Positions 1-8,877 of a stretch of DNA of 64,000 nt are shown piece by piece. Below the pieces are notes generated by a model. That model ran no database searches. It was given only the letters and a program-made list of their open reading frames with translations, and was not told where the DNA came from. This stretch comes from Escherichia coli (GTDB lineage Bacteria > Pseudomonadota > Gammaproteobacteria > Enterobacterales > Enterobacteriaceae). The translations under genes and the position numbers were made by a program. Location of the stretch: the NCBI RefSeq assembly GCF_003018115.1, contig NZ_CP027457.1. The stretch is one strand, 5' to 3'. Numbering within the stretch: the first letter of the stretch is position 1; the number at the start of each line of letters is the position of its first letter.

Positions 1-331
1 ATTGTGCAGGTCAGCTCGTTTTTAAAGAGTCCGGCCATCATCTTACTGGTACAGACACCATATACTTTGTGACGGTCAGGCTACATATGCACAACTCAAC
101 TTATTCATCTATTTTTTGCTTTAGCATGTCAGTGTTGCTTTCTCGTCGGCGGGTGAGCGGTGACCTGACCTGTCGATAAAGGAACGTAACACGTTTTATG
201 CAACACCCGCATGCGGCAGAAAATTATTGCCGAACGTTTACCCCTGTCAACAAGCTTTACTTTCTGAGGCGCGCCAGCCCGCGAGGAAAACAATCTGAAC
301 ATCAAACAATTAATGACACAAGAAATACGAT

Positions 332-358
332 TAAAGATTTTTTTGTGCATGCCGATAG
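332..358 (+). promoter_or_regulatory. sigma-28 (FliA) type promoter upstream of flxA
   Basis: TAAAGATT (332-339), 11-nt spacer, GCCGATAG (351-358), matching class 3 flagellar promoter consensus TAAAGTTT-N11-GCCGATAA; sits 24 nt upstream of the flxA ATG with AGGAG RBS. Confidence 0.6.
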
Positions 359-381
359 TGCTTTTTTAAAAGGAGAAATCT

Positions 382-714
382 ATGTCTGTCACAATTCAGG
401 GAAATACCTCAACCGTTATTTCAAACAACTCCGCCCCGGAAGGAACATCAGAAATAGCCAAAATCACAAGACAAATTCAGGTGCTGACTGAAAAGCTTGG
501 GAAAATCTCATCGGAAGAGGGGATGACGACACAGCAGAAAAAAGAAATGGCTGCATTGGTACAGAAGCAAATTGAAAGCCTCTGGGCTCAACTGGAGCAG
601 TTGTTAAGGCAGCAGGCAGAGAAAAAGAATGAAGACGCGACAGTTCAGCCTGATAAAAAAGAAGAGAAAAAAGACGATACAAATACCGCTGGCACCATTG
701 ATATTTACGTCTAA
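382..714 (+). CDS. flxA: FlxA, FliA-regulated prophage protein
   Basis: 110-aa ORF MSVTIQGNTSTVISNN... recognised as Qin prophage FlxA; RBS AAGGAG upstream. Confidence 0.85.
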   Translation: MSVTIQGNTSTVISNNSAPEGTSEIAKITRQIQVLTEKLGKISSEEGMTTQQKKEMAALVQKQIESLWAQLEQLLRQQAEKKNEDATVQPDKKEEKKDDTNTAGTIDIYV

Positions 715-728
715 GTGACAGCCGTATT

Positions 729-751
729 GTGGCCCTCATCGGGCCACTTTT
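729..751 (+). terminator. putative hairpin terminator after flxA
   Basis: GTGGCCC-TCATC-GGGCCAC stem-loop followed by TTTTC. Confidence 0.4.
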
Positions 752-879
752 CGCCATCAGCCTTTTCTTTAAAGACATATTATCTTTGTATCATTTCTGA
801 TAGTTAACATTACAAGATATAAGTAATGGACGCACTCCCAATTAGTCTATTTAAATCGCCACGAGTTTAACTGACAACC

Positions 880-2600
880 CATGATCAATTATGAATTGCA
901 ACTATTTCTGTAGTCACTTTTGTGGGGACAGTCCACAAAACTGCCAACTTCCGCTTCTTGCTCTTAGCGGACATTAGCATAGGCTATTTACCATAACGCC
1001 TCATTACGCGCACCGCCCAGACTGACTCAGCGCGTTTCTGGCATATCCCCGGTAAAACAAGTAACAAACCACCCGAAAATGAACACCAGAAACGCGACTT
1101 AAGAATCTACCCTATGAATGGATATGCACTCAACCGAATCGATCTTGGTTTCAATCTTTTTTATCGGGATCAGGCTTCTTTTTAGGTAACTTCGGGGGCT
1201 TAACTTGCTGATGACTTTGCGTTCGGCGCGTAAGCCAGGGATGGTCAGCTTTAGGTTTAACATAGTATTTTGAGCGTAAATCAATACGGGCATTATCCAC
1301 TCGTTCATGGACACTCTTTTCATCATCCAGTGGTATAGGCTCCGGGCCATCAACATACTTTTCCCAGCCCAGCGCTTTCCCGTCATACAGAACGTTAATT
1401 TCACCGTCAAAGTTCTCGCATACAGTAACAACCGAATGCCTAAGTCGATATCCCCGGCCCTCACTGCGTACCTGAAACGCACTGCTTTTGTACTGGAAAG
1501 TGAGATTTTTAGACAGAACGCGCTTCGCCTGTAGGCTGAAGATATAACCCAGTTCCTCTTCAGAATGGTGCACATCAAGATGAGCATTATCAGTAGTACG
1601 AGGCGACGTAGCGAACCGGTTGTTATAGGCTTCAATAAAGGTCGGCAACCATGCATTTGCTGTTTCAATATCACTGATATTCTGAAGCCGCATTTCTTTG
1701 ACCAGCCTGTCCTGTAGTGTCTGATTGGCGCGCTCTACCCGCCCTTTTGCCTGCGGGCTGTTGGCATGGATTGGCTCGATGCCCAGTGTCTTTATCGCAC
1801 GAGTGAACTGGGTCAGCTCACCTTCCCGCTCTGGGTTATTTACCCTGAATATACTGTGTCTATCAGAGTAGAGAGCGAGCGGTACGCCATGATCATTAAG
1901 GTAACCCCGGAGGGTTTCCATGTAAGCCCGGGTTGTTTCAGCAGGCACAAAACGCAACGCCATCAACGCACTGGTGGCATCATCAATGAAAACGATCAGT
2001 GTACATCTGGGGCCTCGATTTTCAAACCAGTCATGAGGTGAGCCATCAATCTGGATCAGTTCACCGTAAGATGGTCGTCGCATGCGGCGTTGATATATAC
2101 GGGCAATTTTACGACGGCGTTCACGCCATAACCCCTCTTCTATCATCCACTTTCTGAGAGTTTCAACGGATAAAGATAAACCGTGTATCTCGCGCAATTT
2201 TTCGCACGCAAACGTAGGTCCAAAATCAGCGTAACGGCCTTTGAGGAGTGAAATTACTGTTGCTCTGAATTCAGTAGAAAAGGAATTATTAGGACGCTTT
2301 CCACGTCGGTGGGAAACCAGACCAGAAGGCCCTTCATTTCTATACCGTTGCACCAGACGTTTAACCTGCCGAATAGAAATGCCAATGCGTGCCGCAGCTT
2401 GTTCCTGAATAATCTGAAGTCGGTGGAGTTCCTTATGACTCATCGTAACAGTCTCTTTGATCATGAAAAATCCCCCAGAGAATTGTCTGGGGACATTTTA
2501 GAATGGTTCAAAGGGGACATTACAGCTTGGTGTTAACAATAGCCTGCTTCTCCGTGCCTTTCGGCACGTAAGAGGCTAACCTACATGTGTCTAGCATGAA
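880..2600 (-). mobile_element. IS481-family-like insertion sequence, boundaries not resolved
   Basis: single 437-aa transposase ORF with N-terminal HTH and rve-type DDE core; interrupts prophage synteny between flxA and the replication module; ends are approximate. Confidence 0.45.
1151..2464 (-). CDS. DDE transposase, IS481-family-like
   Basis: 437 aa; HTH-like N-terminus (ARIGISIRQVKRLVQRY), integrase-core motifs (IDGSPHDWF..., LYSDRHSIF, E in RANQTLQDRL), basic C-terminal tail. Confidence 0.75.
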   Translation of the reverse strand: MIKETVTMSHKELHRLQIIQEQAAARIGISIRQVKRLVQRYRNEGPSGLVSHRRGKRPNNSFSTEFRATVISLLKGRYADFGPTFACEKLREIHGLSLSVETLRKWMIEEGLWRERRRKIARIYQRRMRRPSYGELIQIDGSPHDWFENRGPRCTLIVFIDDATSALMALRFVPAETTRAYMETLRGYLNDHGVPLALYSDRHSIFRVNNPEREGELTQFTRAIKTLGIEPIHANSPQAKGRVERANQTLQDRLVKEMRLQNISDIETANAWLPTFIEAYNNRFATSPRTTDNAHLDVHHSEEELGYIFSLQAKRVLSKNLTFQYKSSAFQVRSEGRGYRLRHSVVTVCENFDGEINVLYDGKALGWEKYVDGPEPIPLDDEKSVHERVDNARIDLRSKYYVKPKADHPWLTRRTQSHQQVKPPKLPKKKPDPDKKD

Positions 2601-2798
2601 ATTGGCCTCAGATTAATGTTAAGCGTCTTGCAGGACGCGTAATGTTAACTGGGGCTTTTCTCTATCTGCCGTTGGTGTCCATGCCCGAGGCAGATAGCCT
2701 CAAGCACCCGCAGTCATTCTACTTAACTAAGATTTCCCCGCAAACCGTTTTTGTCCAGCACAGTAAATATCCAACTAAACCAATGGAGTTCGCTGTAT

Positions 2799-2978
2799 TT
2801 ACCGCCAGTATTCAATGCACATGACCGCCATGAACACCCCTAAAAAAAGGGCATTTATATATCCAAATATTAATATCAAAACATCAACTTTTTCCATATA
2901 CCTTGCTGTGAAGATGATGGGCATACATGATGCGAACAACCAGAACGCAACAAACAAAAACTGCAATGCGTTTTTCAT
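2799..2978 (-). CDS. small hydrophobic protein (59 aa), unknown function
   Basis: ORF MKNALQFLFVAFWLFASCMPIIFTARYMEKVDVLILIFGYINALFLGVFMAVMCIEYWR with two predicted hydrophobic helices; consensus AGGAGG RBS 5 nt upstream of the ATG on the minus strand. Confidence 0.4.
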   Translation of the reverse strand: MKNALQFLFVAFWLFASCMPIIFTARYMEKVDVLILIFGYINALFLGVFMAVMCIEYWR

Positions 2979-3245
2979 TATTCCTCCTACAATCAATGTG
3001 CAATTACATTTAAACACACCTCAATTTGGCCGGACATATAAATATCTAAACCAGAAAAAATCACTTACATAGCGTTACAAACTCTTTAGTCTAAAGGTTC
3101 ATCGTAAAACATTCCCCATACTTATCAGTCCGTTCCGCGCCAGGTAGCTCATTGCCTTATCTGGCAACCTGTAATCAGGTTTCCGCTTTTTCAGTTGGCT
3201 GGTCGTTTAACCGACATAGTTAATCCATTAATCTAGTTGCCGGAT

Positions 3246-3660
3246 GTTGGTGGATTTTCGCGTTTTAGTTGTTCATAAAAGTGCACAGCTTTAACCAGTT
3301 CTTCTGATGTAACTGGGACTGGTGAGGCAGTGAATAAGGCCTGAATTTGATAGTTCGGCCTGTCGTTACAATCCTCTTTTTTCGGTACATATTTCCAGTC
3401 ACCAGACCACTACTTCCCCTGAAAGTCCGTAACGCCTTTTTTCACGTAGCGATATCGCCATGCCACTGGTTTTGCTTGCCCCGCCGTTTCATGCCCTTCC
3501 TGATAATTAATCTCGCTCATTCATCGCCCCACTCATCACAATATGCTTCGACCGGAGTTTTTCCCGCTTCATAGTCATCACGCTAGGATTCGACATCAGC
3601 AGCACTTCCACCGCGTAACTCACCATAGTCCATTAATAGTTCATCCCGCTCTTCAAAACT
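3246..3660 (-). pseudogene. degraded prophage gene remnants (short ORFs broken by stops and frame changes)
   Basis: minus-strand translation gives runs such as MSEINYQEGHETAGQAKPVAWRYRYVKKGVTDFQGK and WSGDWKYVPKKEDCNDRPNYQIQALF... in shifting frames; continues across the IS66 target site. Confidence 0.25.
3653..3660. repeat. target site duplication TCAAAACT (left copy) of the IS66-family element
   Basis: identical 8-mer immediately outside both inverted repeats. Confidence 0.8.
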
Positions 3661-3741
3661 GTAAGCGTCGTCTCAGCACCGTCTGGCAGATCCTGAAATT
3701 CCTGAGAGAATAGTGGACACCAAATATGGTGGACGCAATCC

Positions 3742-4146
3742 ATGAAATCATTAACCGCAGTGCGTAAAAAAAGCCCTAATTATCCCGTTGAGTTCAAAAT
3801 CAAAATGGTTGAACTCTCGCATCGACCAGAGATCTCCGTAGCGCAACTCGCTCGTGAGCATGGGATCAACGATAATTTGCTGTTCAAGTGGCGCCAGTAC
3901 TGGCGCGAAGGAAAACTACGTCCTCCTTCAACAACAGAAAACAACGTGCCTGAGCTGCTCCCGATAACACTTGATGCCGAAGATGTTGTCCCTACAACCT
4001 CCCCCCGGTCACAACCTGTAGCTGCTGCGACACCTGAATCACTCAATATCAGCTGTGAAGTGACGTTCCGGCACGGATCACTCCGTCTGAATGGTGCCAT
4101 CAGCGAAAATATCCTGAACCTGCTGATACGGGAGCTCAAACGTTGA
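3742..4146 (+). CDS. IS66-family TnpA (orf1)
   Basis: 134 aa, HTH-like N-terminus; first ORF of the IS66 triad. Confidence 0.8.
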   Translation: MKSLTAVRKKSPNYPVEFKIKMVELSHRPEISVAQLAREHGINDNLLFKWRQYWREGKLRPPSTTENNVPELLPITLDAEDVVPTTSPRSQPVAAATPESLNISCEVTFRHGSLRLNGAISENILNLLIRELKR

Positions 4147-4490
4147 TCCCATTACCATCAGGGACAAAGATCTGGCTGGTCGCTGGCATCACCGATATGA
4201 GAAACGGCTTCAACGGCCTGGCGGCAAAGGTGCAGACGACGCTGAAAGACGATCCGATGTCAGGTCACGTTTTTATCTTCCGTGGGCGTAATGGCAGTCA
4301 GGTAAAGCTCCTCTGGTCTACCGGCGATGGACTGTGTCTGCTGACCAAACGGCTGGAGCGCGGCCGCTTCGCCTGGCCGTCAGCCCGGGATGGCAAAGTG
4401 TTCCTCACACCGGCACAGCTGGCGATGCTGCTGGAAGGTATCGACTGGCGGCAGCCTAAAAGACTGCTTACGTCCCTGACTATGTTGTAA
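4143..4490 (+). CDS. IS66-family TnpB (orf2)
   Basis: 115 aa MIPLPSGTKIWLVAGITDMRNGFNGLAAKVQ...; overlaps the tnpA stop. Confidence 0.8.
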   Translation: MIPLPSGTKIWLVAGITDMRNGFNGLAAKVQTTLKDDPMSGHVFIFRGRNGSQVKLLWSTGDGLCLLTKRLERGRFAWPSARDGKVFLTPAQLAMLLEGIDWRQPKRLLTSLTML

Positions 4491-4538
4491 GCCTCTTTAT
4501 CCTGGTCGACGCTGAATGAGCCTGGTAATATACCCGGT

Positions 4539-6074
4539 ATGAGCAGCTCACTTCCTGACGATATCAATGCACTGAAACGTCTCCTTGCCGAACAGGAGGC
4601 GCTGAACCGTGCCCTGCAGGAAAAGCTGAACGAGCGTGAACGCGAAATAGACCATCTGCAGGCACAGCTGGATAAGCTGCGCCGGATGAACTTCGGCAGC
4701 CGCTCGGAAAAAGTCTCCCGTCGTATCGCACAGATGGAAGCTGACCTGAAGGCACTTCAGAAAGAAAGTGATACCCTTACCGGTCGGGTTGACGACCCGG
4801 CCGTGCAGCGCCCGCTGCGTCAAACCCGCACCCGCAAACCGTTCCCCGAATCACTCCCCCGCGATGAAAAACGGCTGCTGCCGGCAGCGTCATGCTGCCC
4901 GGAATGTGGAGGCTCGCTGAGCTATCTGGGTGAGGATGCCGCCGAACAGCTGGAGCTGATGCGCAGCGCCTTCCGGGTTATCCGGACTGTACGTGAAAAG
5001 CATGCCTGTACTCAGTGCGATGCCATCGTGCAGGCCCCCGCGCCTTCACGGCCCATCGAGCGGGGTATCGCAGGACCGGGGCTGCTGGCCCGCGTGCTGA
5101 TCTCAAAGTATGCAGAGCACACCCCGCTGTACCGCCAGTCTGAAATGTACGGCCGCCAGGGCGTGGAGCTGAGTCGTTCACTGCTGTCGGGCTGGGTGGA
5201 TGCATGCTGCCGGCTACTGTCACCGCTGGAAGAAGCGCTTCAGGACTATGTGCTGACTGACGGTAAGCTCCATGCTGATGACACGCCTGTCCCGGTGCTG
5301 TTGCCAGGCAATAAGAAAACGAAGACCGGGCGGTTATGGACCTACGTTCGTGACGACCGTAACGCCGGGTCAACGCTGGCGCCGGCGGTGTGGTTCGCTT
5401 ACAGCCCGGACAGAAAAGGCATCCATCCGCAGACCCATCTTGCGGGGTTCAGTGGTGTACTGCAGGCGGATGCATACGCCGGGTTCAACGAGCTGTACCG
5501 GGATGGCCGGATAACGGAAGCCGCCTGTTGGGCTCACGCCCGCCGTAAAATCCACGATGTGCACGTTCGCACCCCGTCAGCCCTGACGGAGGAAGCGCTG
5601 AAACGGATCGGCGAACTGTACGCCATCGAGGCAGAGATAAGGGGAATGACGGCGGAGCAGCGCCTTGCCGAACGTCAGTTGAAAACGAAACCGCTGCTGA
5701 AATCCCTGGAAAGCTGGCTGCGTGAAAAGATGAAAACCCTGTCGCGACACTCAGAACTGGCGAAAGCGTTCGCATACGCCCTGAACCAGTGGCCGGCGCT
5801 GACGTACTATGCAGATGATGGCTGGGCTGAGGCGGACAATAACATCGCTGAAAATGCGTTGCGGATGGTCAGTCTGGGCCGCAAAAACTACCTGTTCTTC
5901 GGTTCGGATCATGGAGGAGAGCGGGGAGCGCTGCTGTACAGCCTGATCGGGACGTGCAAACTGAACGGAGTGGAGCCAGAAAGCTACCTCCGCTATGTCC
6001 TTGACGTCATAGCCGACTGGCCGATAAACCGGGTCGGCGAACTGCTCCCCCTGGCGCGTAGCACTGCCGACTGA
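4539..6074 (+). CDS. IS66-family transposase TnpC (orf3)
   Basis: 511 aa with N-terminal coiled-coil, CxxC pairs (CCPECG, CTQCD) and DDE-type core typical of IS66 transposases. Confidence 0.85.
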   Translation: MSSSLPDDINALKRLLAEQEALNRALQEKLNEREREIDHLQAQLDKLRRMNFGSRSEKVSRRIAQMEADLKALQKESDTLTGRVDDPAVQRPLRQTRTRKPFPESLPRDEKRLLPAASCCPECGGSLSYLGEDAAEQLELMRSAFRVIRTVREKHACTQCDAIVQAPAPSRPIERGIAGPGLLARVLISKYAEHTPLYRQSEMYGRQGVELSRSLLSGWVDACCRLLSPLEEALQDYVLTDGKLHADDTPVPVLLPGNKKTKTGRLWTYVRDDRNAGSTLAPAVWFAYSPDRKGIHPQTHLAGFSGVLQADAYAGFNELYRDGRITEAACWAHARRKIHDVHVRTPSALTEEALKRIGELYAIEAEIRGMTAEQRLAERQLKTKPLLKSLESWLREKMKTLSRHSELAKAFAYALNQWPALTYYADDGWAEADNNIAENALRMVSLGRKNYLFFGSDHGGERGALLYSLIGTCKLNGVEPESYLRYVLDVIADWPINRVGELLPLARSTAD

Positions 6075-6115
6075 ATAACACATCCCCGTCAATACGGTTC
6101 TTGCTGCACGCTTAC

Positions 6116-6123
6116 TCAAAACT
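6116..6123. repeat. target site duplication TCAAAACT (right copy) of the IS66-family element
   Basis: identical 8-mer immediately outside both inverted repeats. Confidence 0.8.
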
Positions 6124-6593
6124 GATGTTATATTTAGCTGAACAAAAATCAGCCACTTTGTTCTTCCTCATCGTCTTTTATTTCGTGGTATGAGTAATTG
6201 CAGTAGTTAAAGAAAATTTCTTATGCTCCGTCATGAATTTCCTCAGGTGTTGCGTCATCGTCCACTTCGAATACATCCTCAAAATCTCCACCAGCTATTC
6301 CCGTTTCAATAATAATTTTGAACTTTCGCATTTCACTACCGCCCTTTCGGGCGGCCTCCTGATGTTCTGAGGGTGCAGAAATCCATCCGGTTAAGGATTA
6401 AATTTTATTTACAGAACTGAATTTAATTATTCAGATATACGTATCTGTAGCCTTACGAATCTACTCACTGGATGCCTCTTTCATAAAAATAATCCAGTGG
6501 GTTTTATCGTTTTTTCCCTGTTCGTTGACAGATAACAGGTTTTCTGTCTGTCAGTGCCAGAATCTGGCTTACCGGTATTTGCGTTTCATTCCA

Positions 6594-6950
6594 TTAAAAA
6601 ATCAGAACGCCGTGCGGCCTCAACACCCGAAAGGCTTCTTTAAATCTCTGTCGCGAATCATCACGCCAGGCATCTTTATTCAGCCGTCCATATTTCTTTC
6701 CCATCCAGGCGTTATCACCAACACTCTCAAGATGCGGAGGGTCTAATACAACCATCGAAAAAGATGCGTCTGCAAATGATAATGCACGAAAATCTGCGAT
6801 AATGTCAGGGCTGATAATCAAGCGTCTCCCATTGCGTAATGTGTATCCTTCTTTTCTGATATCGCTGAATATCGCCCGTTCGTCAGACTTATCGAACCAG
6901 AACATGCGGCTGCCACAGCACATATCAAGAATGGTTGCCGGTGCACTCAC
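6594..6950 (-). CDS. small SAM-dependent methyltransferase-like protein (118 aa), possibly truncated or orphan
   Basis: G-loop-like motif ILDMCCGSRMF and a DPPH motif (DPPY-like amino-methyltransferase motif IV); start overlaps the stop of the upstream ORF by 4 nt. Confidence 0.4.
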   Translation of the reverse strand: MSAPATILDMCCGSRMFWFDKSDERAIFSDIRKEGYTLRNGRRLIISPDIIADFRALSFADASFSMVVLDPPHLESVGDNAWMGKKYGRLNKDAWRDDSRQRFKEAFRVLRPHGVLIF

Positions 6951-7369
6951 TGCGCCACGTCCTGAAAATTACCCTGATAGAAAGCCAGTATGCGCTGCAT
7001 AACTTCGCTCTTCCGGCACTCGCGACAGATTATGTTTAGGCGACTGTCGTAGCGACGTATTTCTCCGTCAGGTGATGACCAGATAAGGTCCGGATCAACC
7101 ACAGCAGGTTTCTTCACCTTTGCCCTCGAGAGTTTTTTGCGGGCGTTTTGCCAGTCCTTACGCGCCTGTTCAGAGGGGAATAACCCGTAGCCGGAGTTGT
7201 ATACATCGCCACTGGCTACCAGCTCTCTGGCAAGAACGCTCATCAGATATCTAGTCGCACCTGTTTTAGCTTCCAGTTGCCGTAACGTCTCACGGCCGCT
7301 CTGGCGCACGAGTTCCACCACCTGCCATTTAATTTTTTCCCGCTCTTCTTGTGTAAAAACTTTTGCCAC
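6947..7369 (-). CDS. hypothetical prophage protein (140 aa)
   Basis: ORF immediately downstream of the replication gene on the same strand; no recognisable family from sequence alone. Confidence 0.4.
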   Translation of the reverse strand: MAKVFTQEEREKIKWQVVELVRQSGRETLRQLEAKTGATRYLMSVLARELVASGDVYNSGYGLFPSEQARKDWQNARKKLSRAKVKKPAVVDPDLIWSSPDGEIRRYDSRLNIICRECRKSEVMQRILAFYQGNFQDVAQ

Positions 7370-7409
7370 AAGTCCCCCTTAAAATTACCTCATGACCTGA
7401 AATCAACAC

Positions 7410-8375
7410 TTATCCTCTGAAACCAGGCGGAATTTCTGTATCCGGTTCAGAAATATGATTAACACAACGCTGTACAGGTGAACGTCCCAGGCGGATGACC
7501 AGTTCGTCCCATTTTTCGCGGAGCTTTGACGGGCTCATGATGTTTTTTACCCAGAATGGATCTCGCTGAACCCGACCAAACATTTCGCAAATTTGTCTGT
7601 GGCTTCTGCCATCCAGCATCCGCATTGTGCGCACGTCATTGGCCCAGGCAGTCCAGTTAGGCTCTTTTGGTCGCATGATCTCGCCATCATCACTGGCTGC
7701 CTGTTCGTAGAGACCCACGATCCGCCCCCAGATCCACTGCGCACACGCCAAATCCTCCCTGCTACCCCACTGGCGTTTTTTCGCACTAAACACAACCGCG
7801 TCGGAGTTCCGGGTTAAAAAATCCTGTTCAGTCGTCTGCGGGTCCGGTTGCGAAGCTTCCGGACGAAAAGTGTTTTTATTCTCTGTAGTAATCTCTGTTG
7901 TATTCTCTGTAAGATCATCAGGCCATTTTGACCCGATGACATTGGGTCGTTTTGAACCAATGGAGCGTTTCATTTTGACCTCTTCCATCGTGTCATTTTG
8001 ACCTGATGGAGCGGCGCATTTTGAACCGATGGATTCGCTCAATTTGCCACCATCTAAAAGCTCGCTCCCATAGTTGATCGTGTAGAAATTGGTCATATCG
8101 CGCTTTGATTTATTGAGCTTTTCACAACGCAAAAGCCCCAGCGTTTTCAGACTTGCAAACGCGCGCTTTAACGTTGACTCTGACCAGAATGGGAACTGTT
8201 CCAGCCATTGTTCCGTTGTGTTATAAATCCAGCGAACACCATCACATTCCATGCCGGAGTTGGTATCTCTCAACCAGTAGTGCAGTTGTTGCAAAACAAT
8301 GGCTTCGTTTAAGCCAATTTTCATTGCCAGCTGCGTGTTTATAACCAGTGGACGTTCAGCAAAAAGAAGGCTCAT
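7410..8375 (-). CDS. phage replication initiator, lambda O-like (replisome organiser)
   Basis: N-terminal region resembles the phage O N-terminal DNA-binding domain; iterons embedded in the coding sequence (protein repeats IGSK); start uncertain: TTG at 8429, ATG at 8375 or ATG at 8324. Confidence 0.6.
   Translation of the reverse strand: MSLLFAERPLVINTQLAMKIGLNEAIVLQQLHYWLRDTNSGMECDGVRWIYNTTEQWLEQFPFWSESTLKRAFASLKTLGLLRCEKLNKSKRDMTNFYTINYGSELLDGGKLSESIGSKCAAPSGQNDTMEEVKMKRSIGSKRPNVIGSKWPDDLTENTTEITTENKNTFRPEASQPDPQTTEQDFLTRNSDAVVFSAKKRQWGSREDLACAQWIWGRIVGLYEQAASDDGEIMRPKEPNWTAWANDVRTMRMLDGRSHRQICEMFGRVQRDPFWVKNIMSPSKLREKWDELVIRLGRSPVQRCVNHISEPDTEIPPGFRG
7924..8054. repeat. iteron array (putative prophage origin of replication) inside the O-like gene
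   Basis: five to six copies of CATTTTGA(C/A)C(N)GATGG-like units at about 23-24 bp spacing (near 7924, 7949, 7971, 7994, 8017, 8041), flanked at 7861-7923 by ATTCTCTGT repeats and an AT-rich stretch. Confidence 0.6.
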
Positions 8376-8877
8376 AATTCCATCCAGCTTTTTGTTGGTA
8401 TTGCTGTCGATACGCAAGTTTGAAAGCAATTGCTTTTTCTATAAGTTCGTCAGTTTCACGATCCACTACGGCAGGATCAGCAAAAAGCAGTCCGGACTCC
8501 ACCACATCGCCATATTCTTTGTTTAACCCGGCGATCATGCACGTGATGCTTTTTCCGTCAGTAATTTCACGATACAACCTGAAATCATTAATCCGGATAG
8601 CCTCCATAATTGCAGGCACTAGCGCCGTGAACTTTTCACGCTTATCCCTGGTGTCGATAGCCTTCCAGCGTTCAAATATCTTCACTCGATTAACGCCAAG
8701 CGCTCGCTGATCAATCGCGCCACCTTCATATGTGACACGCTGAACATCGATGTTCGGGCGCTCTTTCAAAGCCCAGAATGCTTCAGTGATTAATATCGTC
8801 GCCTGCTCCTGTGTCATTCCTGGTCGACATATCCAGGCATCCAGAGCCTCACGAGCCTGTTCAGGAGTGATTTTCAT
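8356..8877 (-). CDS. hypothetical prophage early protein (173 aa)
   Basis: ORF between the cro-like dicC and the O-like gene on the same strand; ATG start. Confidence 0.45.
   Translation of the reverse strand: MKITPEQAREALDAWICRPGMTQEQATILITEAFWALKERPNIDVQRVTYEGGAIDQRALGVNRVKIFERWKAIDTRDKREKFTALVPAIMEAIRINDFRLYREITDGKSITCMIAGLNKEYGDVVESGLLFADPAVVDRETDELIEKAIAFKLAYRQQYQQKAGWNYEPSFC

Larger units (their letters stand above)
3661..6115 (+). mobile_element. IS66-family insertion sequence (tnpA-tnpB-tnpC)
   Basis: three-ORF IS66 organisation; terminal inverted repeats GTAAGCGTCGTCTCAGCACCG (left) and GTAAGCGTGCAGCAAGAACCG (right, reverse complement); flanked by identical 8-bp direct repeats. Confidence 0.85.

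Noticed and set aside
129-491. Overlapping 73-aa and 97-aa ORFs around the flxA promoter
   Set aside because: They overlap the sigma-28 promoter and the flxA start and lack RBS; flxA is the supported gene.
4548-5775. Several 60-130 aa ORFs on the minus strand and in alternate frames inside the IS66 tnpC region
   Set aside because: Shadow ORFs within the GC-rich transposase gene.
6594-6950. Methyltransferase-like ORF as part of a restriction-modification system
   Set aside because: No endonuclease or specificity gene nearby; neighbours are replication and hypothetical prophage genes, so at most an orphan or truncated methylase.
7924-8054. Possible CRISPR array, considered because of regular direct repeats
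   Set aside because: Repeat period is only about 24 bp with no unique spacers, and the repeats lie inside a coding sequence; interpreted as replication iterons.
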